From an uncultured Candidatus Saccharibacteria bacterium (GTDB lineage: Bacteria > Patescibacteriota > UBA1384 > XYA2-FULL-43-10 > 1-14-0-10-43-13): a stretch of 32,000 nucleotides of DNA. The notes under the pieces were generated by a model. That model was not told the origin of the DNA. It did no database searches and saw nothing but the letters and a program-made list of their open reading frames with translations. The translations under genes and the position numbers were made by a program. The DNA is taken from assembly GCA_964543385.1 (NCBI GenBank), contig CAZIYE010000004.1, forward strand, positions 17,233 through 49,232. Reading direction: 5' to 3'. Shown piece by piece: positions 9,278-16,979 of this stretch. Each line of letters opens with the position of its first letter. The first letter of the stretch is position 1.

Positions 9278-9309
9278 CTTCCCTCCGATCAAATTTTCAA
9301 TTTTATTTT

Positions 9310-9813
9310 TTAAACTATCTTTTGATTTGTTTGGCCATGGCAGATTGCAATAGCCAATGCATCAGCAGCATCATCTGGCTTTGGACAATCTTTGAGTTTG
9401 CATGTAACCTTTACCATTTCTTGTATCTGATTTTTGTCTGCCCTGCCATAACCAGTTAAGGCCTGTTTTACCTGTAAAGGCGTATACTCGAAGACTGGCA
9501 GACTGAAATTTTTTGCGACAACGATTGCCACCCCTCTTGCCTCGGCAACCGAAATTATTGTTTTCTGGTTTTTAAAGAAAAATAGTTCTTCAATCGCAAA
9601 TTCATCTATCTGGTTTGTCCTAATTATATCAGATAAGGAATTGAAAATATGCAAAAGACGCTCGCTGCGCTCGCTATTTGCCGGAGTTCTTACACAACCA
9701 TATTTTATAGGGATTATTTCAGATCCCCTTTTCTCTATTATCCCCCAGCCCATTATACCAGTCCCTGGATCAATACCAAGAATTCTAATCGAGTTATTTT
9801 TTAATTTTTCCAT
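9310..9813 (-). CDS. ruvC: crossover junction endodeoxyribonuclease RuvC
   Basis: ILGIDPGTGIMGWG (catalytic Asp), AIEELFF (Glu) and DAADALAIAICH (C-terminal Asp pair): the canonical RuvC layout. 167 aa. Confidence 0.95.
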   Translation of the reverse strand: MEKLKNNSIRILGIDPGTGIMGWGIIEKRGSEIIPIKYGCVRTPANSERSERLLHIFNSLSDIIRTNQIDEFAIEELFFFKNQKTIISVAEARGVAIVVAKNFSLPVFEYTPLQVKQALTGYGRADKNQIQEMVKVTCKLKDCPKPDDAADALAIAICHGQTNQKIV

Positions 9814-10544
9814 TATAGATTAGCGTTTGAGTACACATTATTTACATCATCGAGATCATCGAGCGCTTCAAGTAAGATTTCGATTGATTCCATCTTGTCA
9901 GCCGGCACATCATTGTAAACTTTTGCCATTTGTATAGCCTCAGCACTGGTGACAACCACTCCGGCTGCCTCAAGATTAGATTTAACTGAATTTATATCAG
10001 GGAATTCGCAAGTAACTACGACAAGACCATCATCAACAGAAAAATCTGTAGCGCCAGAATCAATGATTGCCATTTGCATTTCTTCGCCCTTGAGAGGATT
10101 ATTTGTCTCATCAATAATGATTTGACCAACCTTATTAAAAAGATAATTAACACTGCCAGCGGAGGCCAGAGTACCACCCTTTTTATTCAGAACAGCCCTG
10201 ATTTCGCCTAGTGCTCGGTTCTTTGAGTCAGTTAGACATTCAATCATAATAGCGATACCTGCTGGTCCGTAGACTTCATAGATAATCTCTTCGAGTGCCG
10301 CACCACCATCAAGTCCCCCAAGACCTTTTTTGATTGCTCTATCGATATTGTCTTTTGGCATACTTACGGATTTTGCATTGTCGATGGCAATTCGAAGTCC
10401 TGGATTCATTGCTACGTCGCCGCTTTTACCATCACGAGCCGCGATAGTAATAAGTTTGGCTGCCTTGGTAAAAACCTTGGCGCGCTTAGAATCGATAATT
10501 GCTTTTTTATGTTTAGTTGTTGCCCATTTACTATGTCCCGACAT
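9813..10544 (-). CDS. yebC: YebC/PmpR family DNA-binding regulator
   Basis: Starts MSGHSKWATTKHKKA, the family signature. 243 aa. Lies immediately upstream of ruvC (1-nt overlap), a common arrangement. Confidence 0.95.
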   Translation of the reverse strand: MSGHSKWATTKHKKAIIDSKRAKVFTKAAKLITIAARDGKSGDVAMNPGLRIAIDNAKSVSMPKDNIDRAIKKGLGGLDGGAALEEIIYEVYGPAGIAIMIECLTDSKNRALGEIRAVLNKKGGTLASAGSVNYLFNKVGQIIIDETNNPLKGEEMQMAIIDSGATDFSVDDGLVVVTCEFPDINSVKSNLEAAGVVVTSAEAIQMAKVYNDVPADKMESIEILLEALDDLDDVNNVYSNANL

Positions 10545-10584
10545 GATAAATCCCTAGTTTGTTAATTTTAACTCTACTCTAGCC

Positions 10585-11481
10585 TCAAATGGACGTTTTT
10601 TCAAGCTTACTATCCTTATTTTCGATTTTATCATTGTTCAAGATAAAGTTGACGTTATCATCTGTTTTGTCCGTCCTTAGTATCTCTATCGACGCTTGAT
10701 TAAAATAATCGATCACAGCCTGATGCGGATGGCCGAATTGGTTATCTTTGCCAGCCATGACTATCACTGTTTTAGGCGTAGAAATCTCGTAAAGTCTTGG
10801 AAGCAAAGCATTACTGGAGCCATGATGAGGCACTTTGATAATTTCGCTCTGAAAGATATCTATCTTGCCAACTTTTTCATAATATTCCAACATGGCTTGT
10901 TGACCGTTTTTTTCTAGATCCCCCAGAGATAAAACACAATTGTCAAAATAGCAAATTTTTGACACAAGAGAGGTATCATTAAGATTACTTGTGCTTTTAC
11001 TTACAAATTGATCTCCTGGCCAAATAAAGGCAATACTGGCGTTGGCTGCAAATTGTCTTCGATCCCCTATTTTAGGTACATTGAAGGGAATCTTCTTGAT
11101 TTTTATTTTTTCGAGAAATTCGATGTATTGGGAGGAGCTAGAAATAACGCCTGTACTCAATATCTCCCCTATCTCATACCGATCCATTAGTTGATTGATT
11201 CCAATAAGGTGATCGGCATGTGGATGCGTCAATACAACTAGTTCTATCTTGCGATCCATGGGTGGCATCAGATCGCTAATTCTCGATAAAATACTATCAT
11301 CAGGTCCACCGTCAATAATGATTTGGAAGTTATCTTTCTGAACGAGAGCTGCATCACCTTGGCCGACATTCAAGAAACTGACTGAGAGCATATCCTTTTT
11401 TGGGATACGGAAAATATTTGCCGTTAGGAAGATAGCAATGCACAGCAAGATGCTAAATAATGATATAAGATAGCGGTTCAA
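10585..11481 (-). CDS. ComEC C-terminal metallo-beta-lactamase domain, encoded as a separate ORF
   Basis: One N-terminal TM helix, then LNVGQGDAALV, LTHPHADHLIG and VPHHGS (MBL motifs of the ComEC nuclease domain). The only start that keeps the TM helix is TTG 11481; the first ATG is at codon 31. Confidence 0.75.
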   Translation of the reverse strand: MNRYLISLFSILLCIAIFLTANIFRIPKKDMLSVSFLNVGQGDAALVQKDNFQIIIDGGPDDSILSRISDLMPPMDRKIELVVLTHPHADHLIGINQLMDRYEIGEILSTGVISSSSQYIEFLEKIKIKKIPFNVPKIGDRRQFAANASIAFIWPGDQFVSKSTSNLNDTSLVSKICYFDNCVLSLGDLEKNGQQAMLEYYEKVGKIDIFQSEIIKVPHHGSSNALLPRLYEISTPKTVIVMAGKDNQFGHPHQAVIDYFNQASIEILRTDKTDDNVNFILNNDKIENKDSKLEKTSI

Positions 11482-11483
11482 TA

Positions 11484-12941
11484 CTATTTCCCAAAATTAA
11501 TTGATGAAAGCGGGATATTAGCAAGAAATTCAACCATCCGCAGAATATATTCAAGACCTGGCCATAATGCTGCAACTGCAACTTTGCCAATTGGATAACA
11601 AATAATACCAAGTAAGCCAGTGGCAAATGTGGCAAGCATAATCCAAGGAACTATCCAGACTACGAGGATATTGGCGATTGGCGAAATTATAGAAACTAAG
11701 CCAAATTGGCAGAGAATCAGTGGAGTAACCGCAAATTGTGCACCCAAAGTTTCAGATAATGCTAACCTTACATTTTCCGGTAAGAAATTTGTCCTTTTCT
11801 TCTCTAGATATCGGGCTATCACCGGAGCCAAATAAATCAATCCGGCAAAGGCCAAGAAGGATAACTGGAAGCCAATATCATATGGCAAAATGTATGGATT
11901 CATCAAGACCATAACCATTGCTGCAAGAAGTAATAAATTAGTTTGATCTGCTCTTCTTCCGATGGTTGAGCCGAATAAGATGAGTAAAGAAAATATTGCT
12001 GCTCGAACTACGCTCGCCGAACCTCCGGTCATGACAACAAAGAGTGTAACTAAAATTATGCCCAGCAAAAAAGTTTGTCGACGGCCAAGATATATGACTA
12101 AAGATTTGGCGAATATTGCGATTAGGATTGTGACGTTAAAGCCCGACAAGGCAATAATATGAGTAAGTCCTGTTTTCTGGAGATCAAGCATCAGATCGTC
12201 CGGAATATTTTTCTTGACACCCAGCAATATACCAGAAGCTAAAGATGAGTGTGGCTCTGGCAATAATCTATTGAGAGAATTTTCAAAAGTGTTTGCTATG
12301 TTGTATAGAAAACCATATACCCTATCTGTTGGATTGGCTGAAAAACCTTGGAAACTAATTTTTGTAGGGCTTTTTATCTCTCCGACAATATGCCATCTCT
12401 TGAGATAGTTTTTATAGTCAAAACCAGAAAAATTCTCTGGTTCTGAAATTTTACCCTGCAAATTTAAATATTCACCGAAATGATATTCTGGAAATGTAGG
12501 AAGACGAACAATTACTTTTGCCCCAATCATCTCTTCTGAAGTGGCACCGTCTGCTAAGCATTTCTCGATGCTAATAACGACCTTTTGATTTTTGTAGTTT
12601 GGCTCAGGCCTCTGAGATATCTTTCCGACTATCTCTAAATCCTTTTCAAATGTTATATTTCGCTGATTTTTCCAATCATTGTATGAATAAAATCCAGATC
12701 CCAAAAAAAGAAAAAACAGACAAAAAGAGATAAGAACCAAAATTTTTGATTTGAACAAATAGTTAAAGAGTGCGGCACAAAGTAGTGCAATAATTACATA
12801 TAAAAATATCTGCCACGACACGGAAAAATTAATATTTACGAGAGAGGCAATAAAAATACCAGCAAGAAACGATGAACAGAGGACCGTAAAAATACGGTAT
12901 GGATAATAAATATCTTTAAAGATTTTAGCTAGAGAAGCCAT
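11484..12941 (-). CDS. comEC: ComEC/Rec2 DNA-uptake channel protein (DUF4131 + competence domain), lacking the MBL domain
   Basis: 485-aa polytopic membrane ORF with the OB/DUF4131-like N-terminal region and a competence-domain motif (GLTHIIALSGFNVTIL). It stops at TAG 11486-11484, 2 nt before the MBL ORF, which is in a different frame. Confidence 0.85.
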   Translation of the reverse strand: MASLAKIFKDIYYPYRIFTVLCSSFLAGIFIASLVNINFSVSWQIFLYVIIALLCAALFNYLFKSKILVLISFCLFFLFLGSGFYSYNDWKNQRNITFEKDLEIVGKISQRPEPNYKNQKVVISIEKCLADGATSEEMIGAKVIVRLPTFPEYHFGEYLNLQGKISEPENFSGFDYKNYLKRWHIVGEIKSPTKISFQGFSANPTDRVYGFLYNIANTFENSLNRLLPEPHSSLASGILLGVKKNIPDDLMLDLQKTGLTHIIALSGFNVTILIAIFAKSLVIYLGRRQTFLLGIILVTLFVVMTGGSASVVRAAIFSLLILFGSTIGRRADQTNLLLLAAMVMVLMNPYILPYDIGFQLSFLAFAGLIYLAPVIARYLEKKRTNFLPENVRLALSETLGAQFAVTPLILCQFGLVSIISPIANILVVWIVPWIMLATFATGLLGIICYPIGKVAVAALWPGLEYILRMVEFLANIPLSSINFGK

Positions 12942-12998
12942 TGGCCACAGCTTATATTAGGTTAACTTCACTATATCATAAAAAGTTTTTGGCGCGGA

Positions 12999-13028
12999 TT
13001 GCTGTTGAATATTATGGCAAGTTATACT
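12999..13028 (+). promoter_or_regulatory. candidate grpE promoter
   Basis: TTGCTG (12999-13004), an 18-nt spacer, then TATACT (13023-13028), 38 nt upstream of the grpE ATG. No CIRCE-like inverted repeat nearby. Confidence 0.35.
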
Positions 13029-13066
13029 ATTAATAGATTAAGGATTATTAAATTTATTTAAAGATT

Positions 13067-13561
13067 ATGAAAAAAGAAGATAAAAAAACCGTAAAACAGG
13101 AAGAAGCTCCCGAGGTTTCTGAAAATGAGCAAAAAATCGGCGAACTAACGCTTGGATGGCAACGCTGTCAGGCTGATTTTCAAAATTACCGCCGCCAAGT
13201 TGAAGAAGACCGTAAAAAATTACTTAAACTAGCTAATGCCGACCTTATGATGGAGATATTACCGGTATTAGACAATTTTCAGCTTGCAGCTAAACATGTG
13301 CCGACAGAATTAGAAACCAACAATTGGGCACAAGGAATCAGACAAATCGAAAAGCAACTTGAGACTATATTGGAGAGCGAGGGCCTGACTCGAATACAGA
13401 CTGTTGGCTCTGAATTTAATCCCCATCTTCACGAAGCTATAGAACACGTTGAGTCCAATCAGCCAGAGGGTATAATTACCGAAGAAATCTCTGCCGGTTA
13501 TGAATTTGATGGTACATCACTTCGACCGGCTAAAGTGAAAGTCTCATGCGGAAATAAATAA
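13067..13561 (+). CDS. grpE: nucleotide exchange factor GrpE
   Basis: 164 aa with the coiled-coil signature FQNYRRQ.E.....L, then LPVLDNF, FNPHLHEA and a C-terminal beta domain. Confidence 0.93.
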   Translation: MKKEDKKTVKQEEAPEVSENEQKIGELTLGWQRCQADFQNYRRQVEEDRKKLLKLANADLMMEILPVLDNFQLAAKHVPTELETNNWAQGIRQIEKQLETILESEGLTRIQTVGSEFNPHLHEAIEHVESNQPEGIITEEISAGYEFDGTSLRPAKVKVSCGNK

Positions 13562-13598
13562 TTTGCGTAATATATAGCAGACTTAATTAGCTATCGAC

Positions 13599-13628
13599 TT
13601 AGACAGCTTGTCTTTTTTGTGTTATAAG
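13599..13628 (+). promoter_or_regulatory. promoter-like element of GC-rich cassette 1
   Basis: TTAGAC (13599-13604), an 18-nt spacer, then TATAAG (13623-13628) preceded by TG. It contains the 12-mer TTTTGTGTTATA (13615-13626), which recurs at 19775-19786. Confidence 0.4.
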
Positions 13629-13679
13629 GAATTCAGTGCCAATCATGGCCGAAACTCCCCTTTTCAAAAGGAGCCCCAT

Positions 13680-13988
13680 ATGTTGTTTGTGGACACATCA
13701 CTGCTGTCAGCAGCAGGGGCAGTGATCTTCCGTGTCGGAGGTGGATTAGAAAGCATCACCATCGATGACGTTGCACGGATCGTTGAACTTTACAACGGCG
13801 AAAGCAAGGAGCGACTCCTTGCACTGGCCTACATCGACGCGATCAAGGCGCGTGCCGCCTCGGACGGCAACACCGGCAAATTCGCCGAAATCGCCGCTGC
13901 GCTCGATGCTGCGCTCACCCCACGCGAGAAGGACATAACTCCCCTTCTCGAATCACTCCATCTGCCCGGAATGGGTGATGAGGGATAA
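13680..13988 (+). CDS. hypothetical small acidic protein (102 aa) in a compositionally foreign cassette
   Basis: ATG 13680 lies 6 nt after AAGGAG (13668-13673). The ORF uses GC-rich codons (GCC, GCG, CTG, ATC). Sequence: MLFVDTSLLSAAGAVIFRVGGG...LHLPGMGDEG. I recognise no family. The ORF-track TTG start at 13608 falls inside the promoter and is unlikely. Confidence 0.6.
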   Translation: MLFVDTSLLSAAGAVIFRVGGGLESITIDDVARIVELYNGESKERLLALAYIDAIKARAASDGNTGKFAEIAAALDAALTPREKDITPLLESLHLPGMGDEG

Positions 13989-14022
13989 CATCCTCGAAAG
14001 CAAAAAGAGAGGGATCTCCACG

Positions 14023-14054
14023 CCGCCCATGGATTGGGCGGTTTTGCTTTTCTG
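14023..14054 (+). terminator. intrinsic terminator of cassette 1
   Basis: Perfect 7-bp stem CCGCCCA (14023-14029) / TGGGCGG (14035-14041) with loop TGGAT, followed by TTTTGCTTTTCT. Confidence 0.7.
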
Positions 14055-14119
14055 GTCTTAATTTTGTCAATTACACACAATAAAATCGGATTGTCGCTTA
14101 TAAAAAATCAAAAAAGGTC

Positions 14120-14168
14120 TTGACAAAATGTAAAGTCTACTTTACATTTTATATGTATTGGTTATAAT
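14120..14168 (+). promoter_or_regulatory. dnaK promoter region (two candidate -10 boxes)
   Basis: TTGACA (14120-14125), a 17-nt spacer, then TACATT (14143-14148). Further downstream is TATAAT (14163-14168), for which TTTACA (14141-14146) is a possible -35. The dnaK SD AGGAG is at about 14229. Confidence 0.5.
14125..14150. promoter_or_regulatory. perfect palindromic operator candidate in the dnaK promoter
   Basis: AAAATGTAAAGT (14125-14136), then CT, then ACTTTACATTTT (14139-14150). The arms are exact 12-bp reverse complements. The palindrome fills the spacer of the TTGACA promoter and overlaps both candidate -35/-10 elements. Confidence 0.55.
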
Positions 14169-14238
14169 ATAATCAAGCAATAACAATTGCCTTCGGGCAA
14201 GATTAACAAAGAAATTAAGTAATAAATAGGAGAACGAT

Positions 14239-16104
14239 ATGTCAAAGATCATCGGTATTGACCTTGGTACTACAAATTCAGCCGTGGCTGTAATGGAAGG
14301 TGGCGAGGCAAAGATCATTACTTCAAGCGAAGGTGGACGCACAGTACCATCGATAGTTGCAGAAACTAAAAAGGGAGATAGATTAATTGGCCAACTAGCC
14401 AAGAGACAAGCTGTCACAAATGGTGATAATACTATTTTTTCGGTCAAACGTTTTATTGGTCGCAAATTTGATGATCCAGAAGTTCAGGCAGACCTCAAGA
14501 AAATGCCTTATGAGACCAAAAAGGCCTCTGATGGCTCCGTCCGAGTAATTATGAATGGCAAGGAATATAGTTCTCAGGAAATCTCTGCTTTCATTCTACA
14601 AAAAATTAAGGCTGATGCTGAAACCTATCTAGGTGGCAAAGTAACAGAAGCTGTTATCACTGTACCTGCGTATTTCAATGATGCACAACGCCAAGCTACC
14701 AAAGACGCCGGTAAGATTGCTGGGCTTGAGGTAAAAAGAATTATCAACGAGCCAACAGCTGCGGCTCTGGCTTATGGTTTGGACAAAAATAAAAATGAAA
14801 AGATCGCTGTTTATGACCTTGGTGGTGGTACTTTTGATATCACTATACTTGAGCTTGGAGATGGTGTCTTTGAAGTAAAAGCTACCAATGGTGATACTCA
14901 TCTTGGTGGTGATGATTTTGATCAGGTCATTATGGATCATATTATTGATGAATTCAAAAAAGATCAGGGAATTGATCTACATTCCGACAAAGCTGCTATC
15001 CAGCGTGTCAAAGAAGCTGCTGAGAAAGCTAAAATTGAGCTTTCAACAGCTGTCGAATCAGAAATCAATCTACCCTTTGTTACCGCTGATGCCTCCGGTC
15101 CTAAACATCTGCAAATGACTATCACTAGATCAGATTTGGAAAAGATGATCGGTTCATTGATCGAGCAAACCCTCAAACCTTGTGAACTTGTCTTGAAAGA
15201 TTCGAAACTACAAAAAAGCGAGATTAATGAAGTTATTCTTGTTGGTGGTATGACTCGTATGCCAGCTGTCCGCGAGGCCGTCAAGAAGTTCTTTGGCAAA
15301 GAGCCAAATCATTCAGTCAATCCTGATGAAGCAGTTGCTCTCGGCGCTGCAATCCAGGGTGGTGTTCTAGGTGGTGAAGTCAAAGATCTTTTACTCCTCG
15401 ATGTTACCCCCCTATCTCTAGGTATCGAAACACTTGGCGGAGTCTTCACCAAATTAATTGAGAGAAATACGACTATCCCAACCTCAAAATCAGAGACATT
15501 TTCTACTGCTGCCGACAATCAAACAAGTGTAGAAATCCATGTTTTACAGGGAGAGCGCGAATTTGCTAAGGATAATAAGACTCTCGGAAGATTCACTCTC
15601 GATGGTCTACCTCCTGCGCCTAGAGGCGTTCCTCAAGTAGAAGTAACTTTTGATATCGATGCCAACGGCATTGTAAATGTAAAGGCTATGGACAAGGCGA
15701 CCAGCAAAGAACAAAAAATTACTATCACTTCATCTTCTGGTTTATCAGAACAAGAAATCGAGCGTATGAAGAAGGAAGCCGAAGAGCATGCTGACGAAGA
15801 CAAGCAAAAGAAAGAGCTAATCGAAGCACGAAATATGGCTGACAGCTTGATTTACACCGCAGAGAAGTCCCTCAAAGATGCCGGCGACAAAGCTGATTCA
15901 AATTTGAAAGCTGATGTTGAGCAAAAGATCCAAGCGCTAAAAGATGTCAAAGACAAAGAAGTGCTTGATGAGATCAAAACTCAGACAGAGGGTTTGAGTA
16001 AATCACTCCAAGAGCTTGGCGCTGCAATGTACAAACAAGCAGAGCAACAGCCTAAGGGAGAGGAAGTAAAGCCAGAGGAAGAGAATAAAGAAGAAAATAA
16101 ATAA
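14239..16104 (+). CDS. dnaK: molecular chaperone DnaK (Hsp70)
   Basis: 621 aa with [29 protein letters not shown], the substrate-binding domain and a charged C-terminal tail. Good SD (AGGAG) upstream. Confidence 0.98.
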   Translation: MSKIIGIDLGTTNSAVAVMEGGEAKIITSSEGGRTVPSIVAETKKGDRLIGQLAKRQAVTNGDNTIFSVKRFIGRKFDDPEVQADLKKMPYETKKASDGSVRVIMNGKEYSSQEISAFILQKIKADAETYLGGKVTEAVITVPAYFNDAQRQATKDAGKIAGLEVKRIINEPTAAALAYGLDKNKNEKIAVYDLGGGTFDITILELGDGVFEVKATNGDTHLGGDDFDQVIMDHIIDEFKKDQGIDLHSDKAAIQRVKEAAEKAKIELSTAVESEINLPFVTADASGPKHLQMTITRSDLEKMIGSLIEQTLKPCELVLKDSKLQKSEINEVILVGGMTRMPAVREAVKKFFGKEPNHSVNPDEAVALGAAIQGGVLGGEVKDLLLLDVTPLSLGIETLGGVFTKLIERNTTIPTSKSETFSTAADNQTSVEIHVLQGEREFAKDNKTLGRFTLDGLPPAPRGVPQVEVTFDIDANGIVNVKAMDKATSKEQKITITSSSGLSEQEIERMKKEAEEHADEDKQKKELIEARNMADSLIYTAEKSLKDAGDKADSNLKADVEQKIQALKDVKDKEVLDEIKTQTEGLSKSLQELGAAMYKQAEQQPKGEEVKPEEENKEENK

Positions 16105-16118
16105 TTCCGTTTCTATCA

Positions 16119-16140
16119 TCGCCCCTTGCTAGAGGGGCGA
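16119..16140 (+). terminator. terminator-like hairpin after dnaK (no U-tract)
   Basis: TCGCCCCT (16119-16126) / AGGGGCGA (16133-16140), loop TGCTAG, flanked by an outer TCTATC/GATAGA pairing. It is not followed by a T-run, so termination efficiency is uncertain. Confidence 0.4.
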
Positions 16141-16236
16141 GATGGAGATAGAATAATATTAGTTAATTCTTATTTTTAAATTATGATTGGGATTAGCTAA
16201 TAAACGGAGGGTCTCGATAAACATCGAGATGTTTAG

Positions 16237-16887
16237 ATGAATTTTCGCCAACCGGCAATTTATATCATCATTTTTATTTCCTTGGCCATTGCGTTGGGCT
16301 GGTCATACTTCAGTAAGAAGAAAGACACTAAGACAACTACCAAAACAACGACAACTCAGCAACCAACCGAGGAAAAGATTTCTAATTTGACCAACATTGA
16401 CCCTGCTGATTTTGATTCTATTACCAAAGATACTTATGCCCTGGCAAGTTCAAAATCTTTGGAGGCTAGTAGTGGTAACAAGCTCGCCGCTGTAGAAGTA
16501 AAAATTGATGGTAATTTGTCGCCAGATACAATCACAACACGATATGTCTTTAGTTCATCAGGGGATACTGATAACAATTGGGTGATAGCATTTTCCGGCA
16601 AGAGTAATAAATATGTTCGGATGCTCACACCTGTCAAAGATTTTATGGGAGTACTTAGCCCCATGAATACTAAGGCCTGGAAATATAATTTTGTGACTGC
16701 ACTTCAACTGGCTGAGAAAAACGGTGGATTAGCTTGGCGAGAAAACCAGAAGCTTCAGGGAATAAAGTTGACATTGAAACATACTGGCAAGAAAGCATGG
16801 CTGCTGTGGGTCGTCGAATACGAAGGAGAAACTGATAAATTCGCTATCCAACTTGATGCTAATTCTGGTAGAGTAGTTGAGGAATAA
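16237..16887 (+). CDS. membrane-anchored hypothetical protein with a Thr/Lys-rich linker and a PepSY-like C-terminal fold (tentative)
   Basis: 216 aa. N-terminal TM helix (IYIIIFISLAIALGWSYF), linker TKTTTKTTTTQQPTEE, and C-terminal ...WVVEYEGETDKFAIQLDANSGRVVEE, which resembles the end of PepSY-type domains. Sits between dnaK and dnaJ. Confidence 0.55.
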   Translation: MNFRQPAIYIIIFISLAIALGWSYFSKKKDTKTTTKTTTTQQPTEEKISNLTNIDPADFDSITKDTYALASSKSLEASSGNKLAAVEVKIDGNLSPDTITTRYVFSSSGDTDNNWVIAFSGKSNKYVRMLTPVKDFMGVLSPMNTKAWKYNFVTALQLAEKNGGLAWRENQKLQGIKLTLKHTGKKAWLLWVVEYEGETDKFAIQLDANSGRVVEE

Positions 16888-16897
16888 TTAACATTTT

Positions 16898-16970
16898 AAT
16901 GTCATTCCGATCACCTACCCGCAAATACTAGAAGATCGATTTGCAGGCAGTAATTAGGATGACATTTTTT
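16898..16970 (+). promoter_or_regulatory. nested hairpin plus T-run between the membrane-protein gene and dnaJ (terminator/attenuator candidate)
   Basis: Outer arms AATGTCAT (16898-16905) / ATGACATT (16959-16966), extendable by CC/GG with a bulge. Inner arms GCAAAT (16921-16926) / ATTTGC (16939-16944). Followed by TTTTTT. The structure ends 10 nt before the dnaJ ATG. Confidence 0.35.
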
Positions 16971-16979
16971 AAGACATTT

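Noticed and set aside
2413-12408. Many 60-78 aa ORFs in the track lie antisense inside larger genes (2413-2649, 4861-5067, 5681-5866, 6035-6259, 7344-7580, 8386-8583, 9126-9353, 9641-9823, 10330-10557, 10696-10917, 11008-11190, 11453-11635, 11620-11835, 11962-12162, 12214-12408).
   Set aside because: Each is fully embedded opposite a well-supported conserved gene. They have no SD or promoter context and low-complexity, hydrophobic translations typical of antisense frames in AT-rich DNA.
13629-13682. Restriction sites suggestive of a cloning scar: GAATTC at 13629-13634, and CATATG over the start codon at 13677-13682 and again at 19787-19792.
   Set aside because: Hexamers like these are expected by chance in this sequence (CATATG also occurs inside ruvB at 3675-3680), and no vector-like sequence accompanies them. 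They are noted only as a reason to check assembly provenance.
13986-14060. Integron attC site or target-site duplication flanking cassette 1 (CTTAATT occurs at about 13582 and about 14058).
   Set aside because: There are no R''/R' core sites (RYYYAAC...GTTRRRY) or integrase. A shared AT-rich 7-mer is weak evidence in this composition.
13608-14080. The TTG-initiated 126-aa version of the cassette-1 ORF (13608) and the antisense 83-aa ORF (13829-14080).
   Set aside because: TTG 13608 lies between the predicted -35 and -10 boxes, while ATG 13680 has a proper SD. The antisense ORF is the usual open shadow frame of GC-rich coding DNA and runs through the terminator.
12942-14238. CIRCE (HrcA) or HAIR (HspR) operators upstream of grpE/dnaK.
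   Set aside because: Neither consensus inverted repeat is present. The only strong palindrome is the unrelated 12+12 element at 14125-14150.
14142-15518. Minus- or alternate-frame ORFs over the dnaK promoter and gene (14142-14465, 14629-14940, 14888-15118, 14964-15299, 15309-15518).
   Set aside because: They are shadow ORFs of the highly conserved dnaK reading frame, with no independent signals.
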